Assembly (NCBI GenBank): GCA_963756785.1
Contig: CAVWPF010000007.1
Span: 21,117 to 45,116 of the forward strand
Direction of reading: 5' to 3'
Origin: an uncultured Actinomycetota bacterium
GTDB lineage: Bacteria > Actinomycetota > Actinomycetes > Sporichthyales > Sporichthyaceae
Length of the DNA stretch: 24,000 nt
Positions within the stretch are counted from its first letter, which is position 1; the number at the start of each line of letters is the position of its first letter. Of this stretch, positions 1 through 7,298 are shown one piece after another. The notes under the pieces are model-generated. The model saw only the letters and a list, made by a program, of their open reading frames with translations, was not told the DNA's origin and did not search any database. The position numbers and the translations under genes were made by a program.

Positions 1-247
1 CCACCAGGTCGACGGTGATGGACAGCTCGCGAGCGGGTTCCGGGAACACCAGGCGCGCGGCGTGGTTGCCGTACACGTCCTGCTGCCAGTTCAGGAAATG
101 CGCGTCCGGCGTGACCGTGAGGGAGTACCCGAGGATCGGCGTGCGGCAGTGGGGAGCCGGCCGGAGCCGGATCAGGTGCGGGCCCAGATCGGTGGGTCGA
201 TCGAAGTGGTAGACCGTCCGGTGTTCCAGCGCGACGCGGATGGCCAC
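1..247 (-). CDS. Transglutaminase-family protein, N-terminal part only (Bact_transglu_N-type domain); gene continues beyond the left edge
   Basis: Absent from the ORF track because it has no stop in the window. Reverse-strand translation from GTG (247-245) reads VAIRVALEHRTVYHFDRPTDLGPHLIRLRPAPHCRTPILGYSLTVTPDAHFLNWQQDVYGNHAARLVFPEPARELSITVDLV. From memory, RLRPAPHCRTPI and NWQQD..GN are the conserved N-terminal blocks of large bacterial transglutaminase-like proteins. An alternative GTG start lies at 259-257. Confidence 0.7.
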   Translation of the reverse strand, partial: MAIRVALEHRTVYHFDRPTDLGPHLIRLRPAPHCRTPILGYSLTVTPDAHFLNWQQDVYGNHAARLVFPEPARELSITVDLV

Positions 248-356
248 TCGATCCTCCACAGGTAGACCGCGAGCGTATGTCTACCCACCGTGGCCTCCCG
301 CCAGGCAACGGCCGTTTCGGGGATGTGAACGTCCGGTACCGCGCACGCGGAAGGTG

Positions 357-1286
357 TCAGCTCTCGAACCGCACCGCAGGCTGCGCGCGGGTGTTCACGG
401 TGAGCGCGAACACGTCCGGCCGGGCGTAGTGACCGACCGGATCGAACATGCGGCGGTGCTTCTGCACGGTGGACGCGACGTCGATCTCCGCGACGACGAT
501 GCCTTCCTGGTCGCGCAGCGGGCCGGCGAGCATCTCGCCGCCGGGCCCGACGATCGTGCCGAGGCCGCGGCTCATCCAGTCGGCCTCCGCGGGGACGCTG
601 GCGTCGGAGTAGATCTTCCCGCGCAGCTCGGCCGGGACGTCCGCCCCCCGCAGCACGGGGGACACCCCGATCACGTAGCAGCGGCCCTCCTTCGCGATGT
701 GACAGAGCGTCGAGATCCACGTCTCGTCGTTGTCCCACGTCGGCGCCAGGTGGATCTCCACGCCGAGGGCGTACATCGCCGCGCGCGCCAGCGGCATGTA
801 GTTCTCCCAGCAGATCAACCCGCCGACGACGCCGAACGGCGTGCGGACGACGTCGAGCGTCGAGCCGTCCCCGTAGCCCCACACGGTGCGTTCGCCGCCC
901 GTGGGCATGAGTTTGCGGTGCTTGCCGGCCAACGTGCCGTCCGGCGCCAGATAGATCAGCGTGTTGTAGAGGGTGCCGCCCTCGATCTCGTTGATCCCCA
1001 TCGCGACATAGGCACCGGCCTCGCGAGCGGCCTCGCCGAGGCGGGTGACGACCGGGCCGGGTACCGCCACCGCCTGGTCGTAGAGCCGGCTCATGAACTC
1101 CCCGTCGCCCCATGCCGGCAGCCGCCATACCCAGTCCGGGTATGTCGGGACGAACGCTTCGGGGAACACGATCAGGCGGGCGCCGAGGTCGGCAGCCTCC
1201 TGAATCAGACCGCAGGCCTTCTCGACCGTGGCGTCGGTGTCGAGGAAGACGGGGGTGGCCTGGACGGCGGCGACGGTGACCTGCAC
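357..1286 (-). CDS. Nitrilase / carbon-nitrogen hydrolase superfamily enzyme
   Basis: 309-aa ORF with the Glu-Lys-Cys catalytic triad contexts IVFPEAF, GKHRKLMPT and GGLICWENYMPLAR, typical of branch-1 nitrilases. GTG start is preceded by GGAGG (ccggaggttcccGTG). The overlapping track ORFs 172..1128(-) and 240..1454(+) are Arg/Gly/Pro-rich shadows. Confidence 0.9.
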   Translation of the reverse strand: MQVTVAAVQATPVFLDTDATVEKACGLIQEAADLGARLIVFPEAFVPTYPDWVWRLPAWGDGEFMSRLYDQAVAVPGPVVTRLGEAAREAGAYVAMGINEIEGGTLYNTLIYLAPDGTLAGKHRKLMPTGGERTVWGYGDGSTLDVVRTPFGVVGGLICWENYMPLARAAMYALGVEIHLAPTWDNDETWISTLCHIAKEGRCYVIGVSPVLRGADVPAELRGKIYSDASVPAEADWMSRGLGTIVGPGGEMLAGPLRDQEGIVVAEIDVASTVQKHRRMFDPVGHYARPDVFALTVNTRAQPAVRFES

Positions 1287-1368
1287 GGGAACCTCCGGCT
1301 GGCTTCAGGAGCGTCGGGCTGCATCAGCGGCTCCCGCGCATTCTGCTCCCCTTTCGCCCGACACACGA

Positions 1369-1400
1369 ACGGCTCGCCCCGAAATTTCGGGCCGAGCCGT
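1369..1400 (-). terminator. Strong GC-rich hairpin (12-bp stem with 1 mismatch plus a palindromic GAAATTTC apex), followed by a second small hairpin CCTGAC-GCGAG-GTCAGG at 1401-1417
   Basis: ACGGCTCGCCCC (1369-1380) pairs with GGGCCGAGCCGT (1389-1400). It lies immediately 3' of the stop (1415-1413) of the orphan minus-strand ORF and upstream of the nitrilase. There is no U-tract, which would fit the tail-less (U-tract-lacking) hairpin terminators I recall as common in actinobacteria. Confidence 0.4.
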
Positions 1401-1412
1401 CCTGACGCGAGG

Positions 1413-1727
1413 TCAGGCGAGAGCGATCAGCGTTCCGTCAGCGAACGGACCTGAGCGCAGCAGGGCCGTGCCGCACGCTTCGAGCGACCCGTTCGCCACT
1501 TCGCTGCTGCGTACGGCCCCGGCGCGGATCTCGGAAGCGCCGACCGCATCGGTCGCGATGTCCTCGGCCTGACGGGTGTTCTTCCGGATGTCGACTCTCT
1601 TGATGGAGTCGTCCTTGATGTCCGCGCTGTTGATCAGATCGTTGGCGACGGTATCCGGGCTACCGCGATGCCTAGATGTACTGACCAGGCACGTTGGTCG
1701 AGAACGTGAGTGGCACGTTGCTGAGTG
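1413..1727 (-). pseudogene. Start-less orphan ORF, possibly the C-terminal remnant of a repeat-containing protein
   Basis: Open minus-strand frame from just after TAA (1730-1728) to TGA (1415-1413), with GC3 about 80%. Translation: ..GSPDTVANDLINSADIKDDSIKRVDIRKNTRQAEDIATDAVGASEIRAGAVRSSEVANGSLEACGTALLRSGPFADGTLIALA. There is no in-frame ATG/GTG/TTG until 27 codons before the stop, so it is missing from the ORF track. A hairpin follows directly. Confidence 0.25.
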
Positions 1728-1878
1728 TTACGCCGAATGGGTGACGGGCGGGACGGGGGCCACCGCGCGCACATACGCCCGGAGAAAGTCGGCCGGAGCT
1801 GTCGATTCGGCGGAGGGGCGTTCGTAGCAGGGGTGAGAGGCCGGCACCGAGCCGGTCACCACACCTCGGAGGTATCCC

Positions 1879-2289
1879 ATGACCGCCACCGTCCCCGCCG
1901 CGCTGACTACGTCCTCGGTCCGTCCGCTGGTTCGCTCCGGCCTGCTCGCCATCGCCGTTGCCTCACTCGCCACTCCGGTGGTCGCCGCTCTCGGCCACGC
2001 CGCGGGCGTCTCGCTGGACATCGCCGGCGAGCGAATCCCGCTGTGGGCCTTCGCGCAACTGACCGCGATTTTCTCCCTGATCGGGCTCGGCCTCGCCGTC
2101 GCCCTCGCCCGCCGCGCGGGGACCCCGCGTCGCACCTTCGTCCGCACCACCGGTGGGCTGACCGCGCTGTCGCTGGTCCCCGATGTTCTCGCGGACGCGA
2201 GCACCGGCACGATCTGCCTGCTGATGCTCACGCACCTGGTCGCGGCCGCGATCGTGATCCCGGCCCTGACCTCCCGACTGCCGGAGTGA
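1879..2289 (+). CDS. Small integral membrane protein, DUF6069-like
   Basis: 136 aa with 3-4 predicted TM segments. ATG is preceded by GGAGG (cggaggtatcccATG). The C-terminal MLTHLVAAAIVIPAL block resembles the conserved His-containing helix I associate with DUF6069 proteins. Confidence 0.65.
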   Translation: MTATVPAALTTSSVRPLVRSGLLAIAVASLATPVVAALGHAAGVSLDIAGERIPLWAFAQLTAIFSLIGLGLAVALARRAGTPRRTFVRTTGGLTALSLVPDVLADASTGTICLLMLTHLVAAAIVIPALTSRLPE

Positions 2290-2314
2290 CCGCGCGCCAC
2301 TACGCTGTCGGCGG

Positions 2315-2727
2315 CGACGAGCCGGCCGGACGGCCGCGCCGTGAGTCTTCCCGAGAGGCGAGCGGTGAGGAAAGTCCGGGCTCCACAGGGCACGGTGGTG
2401 GGTAACACCCACCCGGGGCGACCCGCGGGACAGTGCCACAGAAAACAAACCGCCGCCGGTTCGCCGGCGGTAAGGGTGAAACGGTGGTGTAAGAGACCAC
2501 CAGCGTCCGGGGTGACCCGGACGGCTAGGTAAACCCCACCCGGAGCAAGGCCAGGATCGTCGGGCACTTTCTTCAGCGCCCGGCGTGTGTGAGCGTTCGA
2601 GGGCTGCCCGCCCGAGCTCACAGGTAGGCCGCACGAGGCCGGCGGCAACGTCGGTCCCAGATGGATGGCCGTCAGTCGGGCCGCAAGGCCCGATTACAGA
2701 ACCCGGCTTACAGGCCGGCTCGTCGTC
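2315..2727 (+). ncRNA. rnpB: RNase P RNA, bacterial type A
   Basis: Universally conserved blocks are present. GAGGAAAGTCCGGGCTCCACAGGGCA starts at 2367 (P4 5' strand). ACAGAAAACAAACCGCC and GGTAAGGGTGAAACGGTGGTGTAAGAGACCACCAG follow. ACAGAACCCGGCTTA lies at 2696-2710 (P4 3' strand). 5' CGACGAGCCGGCC (2315-2327) is exactly complementary to 3' GGCCGGCTCGTCG (2713-2725), forming P1. A length of about 413 nt is normal for actinobacteria. Ends are accurate to a few nt. Confidence 0.92.
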
Positions 2728-2910
2728 TACCACCCTCCGTGACCTGCGGGGGAGCGGTGTTTGTGCAGTCACCGGGTCTTTCGGAAGTTCCTTCCAGTCT
2801 CGCCTAGTACTGGCGATCACCCGCTGTTTCCGGTTAGCCCGTGGGGTTGGCGTGGATTGACGCGGCGTCAGATCCCAGCATGCCGTCAGTCGCCGCCCTG
2901 GTGGCCTCAT

Positions 2911-2942
2911 CGATACGTCGGGCGCAAGTGCCCGACGTATCG
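2911..2942. other. Perfect 13-bp stem / 6-nt loop hairpin in a roughly 320-nt non-coding stretch
   Basis: CGATACGTCGGGC (2911-2923) pairs with GCCCGACGTATCG (2930-2942), loop GCAAGT. It sits between rnpB (+) and the convergent small secreted-protein gene (-). It could terminate either, or belong to an unannotated RNA. Confidence 0.35.
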
Positions 2943-3025
2943 AACGACCCGGTGATGCTGGCGTGCCCGGGGGCCTGAACGACCTTCGGGTGCTCACCGG
3001 ACGGTCATCTGTTAATCGGCCGACC

Positions 3026-3048
3026 GAAAAGACCCGGCGAGAGGCCGG
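3026..3048 (-). terminator. Possible intrinsic terminator of the 3051..3266 gene
   Basis: The minus strand reads CCGGC-CTCTC-GCCGG followed by GTCTTTTC, starting 3 nt after the stop codon. The stem is short (5 bp), so confidence is low. Confidence 0.35.
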
Positions 3049-3050
3049 CG

Positions 3051-3266
3051 TCAGCAAGATCCTTTAGCGCTTCTCGCAGGCAACCCAGTGCCCCTGACGC
3101 GGTCTACCGCGTTGCTCTGACCGAGACCGTGCGGGTACACCCCGTTCAGTTGCGTGCAGTTCTTGTACGGATACGGCGGGGCGGCGCCGGTCGCCACGGC
3201 AGGCGTGGCGAGAGAAACCATGCAAACAATGGTGAGGAGCGCGATGAGATTGGTATGAGCACGCAT
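3051..3266 (-). CDS. Small secreted protein with a YKNCTxLNxxYPHG motif
   Basis: Start re-set to the internal ATG (3266-3264), giving MRAHTNLIALLTIVCMVSLATPAVATGAAPPYPYKNCTQLNGVYPHGLGQSNAVDRVRGTGLPARSAKGSC. This has a clear Sec signal peptide. The Y-K-N-C-T-x-L-N-x-x-Y-P-H-G block is a motif I recall from the N-terminal part of actinobacterial excalibur-type secreted proteins; the excalibur DxDxDG part is absent here. Local GC is lower than the flanks. Confidence 0.55.
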   Translation of the reverse strand: MRAHTNLIALLTIVCMVSLATPAVATGAAPPYPYKNCTQLNGVYPHGLGQSNAVDRVRGTGLPARSAKGSC

Positions 3267-3285
3267 CTGCGCTTCTTTCCATTCC

Positions 3286-4095
3286 CTAGGAATAAGGACC
3301 GGGCAGTTTCTCGGGCATGCATGCTTCACCTGCGTACCCCGTAATCCAGCGATACTGCACACACTCGGGGAGGCCGAATCCGAATTCAAATCTAGCACCG
3401 ACGGGCGGTTCGCTCGCCGTACAAAATACTATTCCCACCGCCACTTCCTCACCAGGCTTAAGGGTGACGGTGAATGTTCGCGAGTCGACATCCTCGGCAT
3501 AAGTGGGCTCGGCCGCGGCGTCATCCACATCGGTGTATCGGGCCCCACGGGGCTGAATCGTCACCTCGGCCACTTCAGTGTCCGAATCATTCTGGGCCGC
3601 TATAAGTATCTCGCCGCAATTCGGCCCTTCACCGGCGGGCACGACATCCTGGCCGAAACTGAACAACACTTCACCCGCAGGGCTCCGCGGACTCGAATCA
3701 AACGTCTCACCGAAGGAAAGCACCCGAAAGTCTGTCGGGTCGGAGGCAAAATTGCTGTAGTGGACGTTGACGCAGCCCGCGGCATTCCACTCCCGTGAAT
3801 GGGCCATCCCTGCCAGGTAGAAGGCGTGACACGCCCGGTCAACCGCTTCGTTCCGGCTGATCATCGCGGCGACCCGTTCGTCCGCAGAGGAGTCCGACGT
3901 TGCGGTGGCGTCCGGAGTGGCAGTGGCGGGTGAAATCGCAGCGGCGGAGAACGAATCGACACCATCGAAGGCCGCCTGCGGAGCGGCCGCGAGGGAGGTC
4001 GGGGCGGCGTCGGTGGTCGTGCTGACACAAGCCGGAATGGCCCCCAAAGCCACCGCGGTGGCCGTCAGACCGAGTCGGCTCGACGCCGTCCGCAT
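3286..4095 (-). CDS. Hypothetical Cys-rich lipoprotein
   Basis: Start taken at ATG 4095 (MRTASSRLGLTATAVALGAIPAC) with lipobox-like A-I-P-A-C; the track start at 4113 is a TTG. The mature part has an Ala/Thr/Ser/Asp-rich linker and 7 further cysteines. I recognise no family. GC is clearly below the window average (individual 60-nt lines are 50-62%). The stop lies 19 nt before the next gene's start. Confidence 0.6.
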   Translation of the reverse strand: MRTASSRLGLTATAVALGAIPACVSTTTDAAPTSLAAAPQAAFDGVDSFSAAAISPATATPDATATSDSSADERVAAMISRNEAVDRACHAFYLAGMAHSREWNAAGCVNVHYSNFASDPTDFRVLSFGETFDSSPRSPAGEVLFSFGQDVVPAGEGPNCGEILIAAQNDSDTEVAEVTIQPRGARYTDVDDAAAEPTYAEDVDSRTFTVTLKPGEEVAVGIVFCTASEPPVGARFEFGFGLPECVQYRWITGYAGEACMPEKLPGPYS

Positions 4096-4500
4096 ACCAA
4101 GATCATCGAGCAACGGCGGCAGCTACAGCCATGCCGTGCCGGTTGTGATCATGGAAATACTTGTCCATGCGGGGCGACCGCCGAAGCGGCTACAACAGCC
4201 CGCTGCCGTGAGCGGTCTTACGATCGCGCACATCGACCCACCCGACGAGACCCGCGGCCGCCTGGCCGATCAACCGCAAGGGGCTCAACGAGGGCCTCAA
4301 GGCCGCTGTGCGACGTGCGGGTTTGCCGGGCCGGGCCGCCGTTTCGTCCAGTCACCGCCGCGACTGGGCCCGGCTCTGGACGAGGCGTTACGTTCGTCGC
4401 CGCTCAGCCGACCTGAGTCCCTCGTGGTGCCGACCACCGGCTCTTCCCGGCGGCGCTGTGGAACGCTCGGGCCACGGAATCCCGGGCGAGGAGATCAGCA

Positions 4501-4941
4501 GTGGCGATCGACGTGGAGAGTCGGGTGGTGATTCGCTGCCCGCTCGAACGGGTGGCTGCCTTCGCCGCCGACCCCGACCGGATCACCCAGTGGTATCGCC
4601 GGATCCAGTCGGTGCAGTGGCGCACCCCGAAACCGCTGGCAGTGGGCACCGAGCTCGACTTCACGGCACAGTTCCTCGGCCGCCGGCTGGTCTACACCTA
4701 TCGGGTGATCGAGCACGACCCCGGCCGGACGCTGGTCATGCGGACCACGGACGGGCCATTTCCGATGGAGACCACCTACACCTGGGAGGCAGTTGATGCC
4801 GACTCCACCCTGATGCGCTTGCGTAATCGGGGGGATCCGGCGGGCTTCTCCCGGCTCGTGGCCCCATTCCTGGGTCGGGCGGTCCGCCGTGCCAACCGGC
4901 AGGATCTACAGCGGCTGGCCGATCTTCTCCACGCTGCCTGA
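4501..4941 (+). CDS. SRPBCC-superfamily protein (polyketide cyclase/dehydrase-like, START/Bet v1 fold)
   Basis: 146 aa. GTG start is preceded by GAGGAG. The sequence VESRVVIRCPLERVAAFAADPDRITQWY....W.....L.VG......A.FLGRR..Y.Y.V.E.DPGR.LVMRT..GPFPMETTYTWE is the typical layout of SRPBCC family proteins. Confidence 0.8.
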   Translation: MAIDVESRVVIRCPLERVAAFAADPDRITQWYRRIQSVQWRTPKPLAVGTELDFTAQFLGRRLVYTYRVIEHDPGRTLVMRTTDGPFPMETTYTWEAVDADSTLMRLRNRGDPAGFSRLVAPFLGRAVRRANRQDLQRLADLLHAA

Positions 4942-5106
4942 GCACTGCGGTGAGATGAGGACGTCCGCGGGTTCCGGGCAGGGCTGCGCGGGGATCCAGG
5001 ACGAAGCCGAGCCCGCCTCCGGCGCCGAACTCGACGCTTCGGCCGCCGACGTGGACAGGGCCGTCACCATGCTGGGGGGTTAGCGGGCCATGGTGCGGTC
5101 GATCCG

Positions 5107-6489
5107 TTAGCGAGCAGGACCTGGTCCACCGGTCGTATCGTGTGCGCGCCGCCCGCCGATCTCGACGAAGAACTGGGCGGCAGCCACCTGGACGGCGCTG
5201 GACCATGTCGGGTAGGCGTGCATCGTGGCGGCGAGGCGACCGGTGAACATGCCGGTGGCGATGGCCAGGGCCGCTTCGGCCAGCATCTCCCCGGCCCGCG
5301 GGGCGACGATGGTCGCGCCGAGCAGCCGGCCTCCGCCGAGGTTGCGGAGCACGGGGCGCGGTCCGGCGATCAGTTCGATGAAGCCCGCCGTGGCGTCGTC
5401 GGTGATCGCGCGGTCGACCTCGTCCAGGGGGAGGTGCGCGATGCGGGCACCGGTGGGTGCATCGTCGCGTCCCAGGCCGACCTGCGCGATCTCCGGGCTG
5501 GTGAACACCACCCGAGGAATCACGGGCGGGCGCCAGGGCCGGGGCCGGCGCCGCAGCGCGTTCGCGGCCGCGTGCCGGCCCATGTCGTCCGCCGCGTGGG
5601 TCAGCATGGCCCGGGCGGTGACATCCCCGGCGGCGAAGATGCCGGCGGCCGCGCGCAGCGTCGGGTCGGTGACGGGCACGCCGCGGACATCGACGCGGAT
5701 CCCGGCGGCGTCGAGACCGAGGTCGGCGGTCTCGGCTCGACGACCGGTGGCGACCAGCACCCGCTCGGCCTCGACGCGGGTGCCGTCACTGAGCACAGCG
5801 CTGGCCCCGGCTGCGCCGGGCACCAGGTTCTGCACGCCGGTCGCGGCGCGCACGGTGATCCCGGCTTCGGTGAAGACGTCGGTGAGGATCGCGGCGGCGC
5901 GGGCGTCCTCAGCGGGCAGGAGCCGGGGCCCGGTCTCGACGAGGGTGACCCGGGTCCCGAAGCGGGCGAAGGCCTGCGCCAGTTCGCAGCCGATCGCGCC
6001 GCCGCCGATCACGAGCAGCGAGTGCGGTGCCGAGCGCAGTTCGAACACGGACTCGTTGGTCAGGTACGGCACGTCGCCCAGCCCGGGAATAGGCGGGAGC
6101 GCCGGGCGTGAGCCGGTAGCGAGCACAACCCGCGATGCCTGCAGCAACATCCCGTCGACGTCGAGGTGGACGGAGCCGCGGGCGTTGCCGTGCAGGCGGG
6201 CGTGGCCACGGATGACCTCGATCCCTTCCGCGCGCAGTACGTCGGCGGACTCGGCTGCGGCGACGCGGTCGATCGCGGCGTGGATCCGAGCCGTCGCCGC
6301 CGGGAAGGTCAAGCCCGCCCGGGCGGCGGCGATCAGGGTCTTGGACGGTACGCAGCCGGTGAACGTGCAGTCCCCGCCCGGTTCGCTCGCGGTGATCAGC
6401 CGGACCCGGGCGCCGCGGCGGCGGGCCTCGCGCGCCGCGCCGAGTCCGGCGGCGCCGCCGCCGATGACCACGAGGTCGACGTCCTTCAT
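5107..6489 (-). CDS. Class-I pyridine nucleotide-disulfide oxidoreductase (MerA / dihydrolipoamide dehydrogenase-like flavoprotein disulfide reductase)
   Basis: 460 aa. FAD fold DLVVIGGGAAGLGAA, redox-active disulfide GGDCTFTGCVPSK (CxxxxC), NAD(P)H fold LLVIGGGAIGCELAQAF, and a C-terminal dimerisation motif HAYPTWSSAV. Its ATG (6489-6487) overlaps the upstream gene's TGA (6488-6486) as ATGA. There is no N-terminal HMA domain and no C-terminal Cys-Cys, so it is not a canonical MerA. Confidence 0.9.
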   Translation of the reverse strand: MKDVDLVVIGGGAAGLGAAREARRRGARVRLITASEPGGDCTFTGCVPSKTLIAAARAGLTFPAATARIHAAIDRVAAAESADVLRAEGIEVIRGHARLHGNARGSVHLDVDGMLLQASRVVLATGSRPALPPIPGLGDVPYLTNESVFELRSAPHSLLVIGGGAIGCELAQAFARFGTRVTLVETGPRLLPAEDARAAAILTDVFTEAGITVRAATGVQNLVPGAAGASAVLSDGTRVEAERVLVATGRRAETADLGLDAAGIRVDVRGVPVTDPTLRAAAGIFAAGDVTARAMLTHAADDMGRHAAANALRRRPRPWRPPVIPRVVFTSPEIAQVGLGRDDAPTGARIAHLPLDEVDRAITDDATAGFIELIAGPRPVLRNLGGGRLLGATIVAPRAGEMLAEAALAIATGMFTGRLAATMHAYPTWSSAVQVAAAQFFVEIGGRRAHDTTGGPGPAR

Positions 6490-7298
6490 TTGCGCGCCAC
6501 GAACAGGCTGTACCCGAGGTGCCCGGCGCTGATCGCGGCGCGGACCTCGGCGACCACCGCGGAAACCTCATCGCGGTCGATGGCCCGGATCGCGCCGCTG
6601 CGGGCGAGTATGCCGATCATCAGCAGACGGGCTTCGACCCGCTCGACCATGGCGACGAGCGCGTCGTCGTGGGCCTCGACCGTCTCCACCTCGAACCCGC
6701 CCGCAGTCAGCAGGCGCCGGTAGTCCACAGCGCTGCCGGCGCCGCCGATGCAGGCGATCCGGGACGCCCAGGTCCGCAGCCGGGGCGGCAGCCGGTCCAG
6801 GTCGGCCGTCACGTCGCTGATCCCGACCTGCCCGCCGGGACGCAGCGCGCGGAGCATCTCGGCGACCGCGGTCTCCTGGTCGGGGAAGGTGCACAACGCA
6901 CACTCGCAGATCACGGCATCGAACTCGCCGTCACCGACCGGCAGCGCCTCCGCGTCCCCGAGGCGAAATTCGGCGCGTGCCGTGAGTCCGGCCGACTCGG
7001 CCGCGGCCCACGCGTGCTCCACATTGCGCGCCGCCAAATCCACCCCGCATACCGCGACCGGGTAGGCCGCGGCGATGGCCAGCGCGCTGGTGCCGCGGCC
7101 GCTGGCAACATCGAGCAGCCGATCGTCGGCCCGCAGATCGAGGTGCGAGATCAGACGGTGCGTCAGATCCAGCCCTCCGGGGTGGAAGGATTGCCCCAGC
7201 AGGAGCGTCATCCAGTCCGCGCCATACGCCTCGGCGCAGCAGGCCTTGAAGTCCGCGGGATTGTCGCTGGTCAGTCGGCCGGTCGCCTGACTGTTCAT
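6486..7298 (-). CDS. ArsM-like, cysteine-lined class I SAM-dependent methyltransferase
   Basis: Start re-set to ATG 7298-7296 (MNSQATGRL), which overlaps the radical SAM stop as ATGA; the track start at 7502 lies inside the upstream gene. SAM motif I is LLDVASGRGTSA. N-terminal vicinal pair: KACCAEAY....LLGQSFHPGGLDLT. DAVICECALCTF places a Cys where ArsM has its ..SNC.. As-binding Cys. WASRIACIGGAGSAVDYRRLLTAGGFE parallels the ArsM W.GC.AGA....Y...L..AGF block. The comparison is from memory of ArsM sequences. Confidence 0.85.
   Translation of the reverse strand: MNSQATGRLTSDNPADFKACCAEAYGADWMTLLLGQSFHPGGLDLTHRLISHLDLRADDRLLDVASGRGTSALAIAAAYPVAVCGVDLAARNVEHAWAAAESAGLTARAEFRLGDAEALPVGDGEFDAVICECALCTFPDQETAVAEMLRALRPGGQVGISDVTADLDRLPPRLRTWASRIACIGGAGSAVDYRRLLTAGGFEVETVEAHDDALVAMVERVEARLLMIGILARSGAIRAIDRDEVSAVVAEVRAAISAGHLGYSLFVARK

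Noticed and set aside
172-1454. ORFs 172..1128(-) and 240..1454(+) overlapping the nitrilase gene
   Set aside because: These are off-frame or antisense shadows of the nitrilase CDS, which carries the full Glu-Lys-Cys signature. Their own translations lack any motif.
1728-3057. Minus-strand ORFs 1728..2648 and 1963..3057, and small + ORFs across 2300-2950
   Set aside because: They run through the rnpB gene and antisense to the DUF6069-like gene. The RNase P RNA conserved blocks and P1 pairing explain this sequence.
4200-4500. Possible decayed tyrosine-recombinase (integrase) fragment. One frame reads ..INRKGLNEGLKAAVRRAGLPG.. and later ..AVERSGHG..
   Set aside because: The resemblance to the integrase ..A...AGLP...HDLRH...LGH.. 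layout is only a few residues. It needs frameshifts and a large deletion, and the catalytic R/H/Y contexts are not identifiable. I cannot support it without a frameshift-tolerant search.
7269-7292. Inverted repeat GTCAG-N12-CTGAC resembling half of the box motif
   Set aside because: The spacing is wrong (12 rather than 4), it lacks the flanking T/A bases, and it lies inside the methyltransferase coding region near the ATGA junction.
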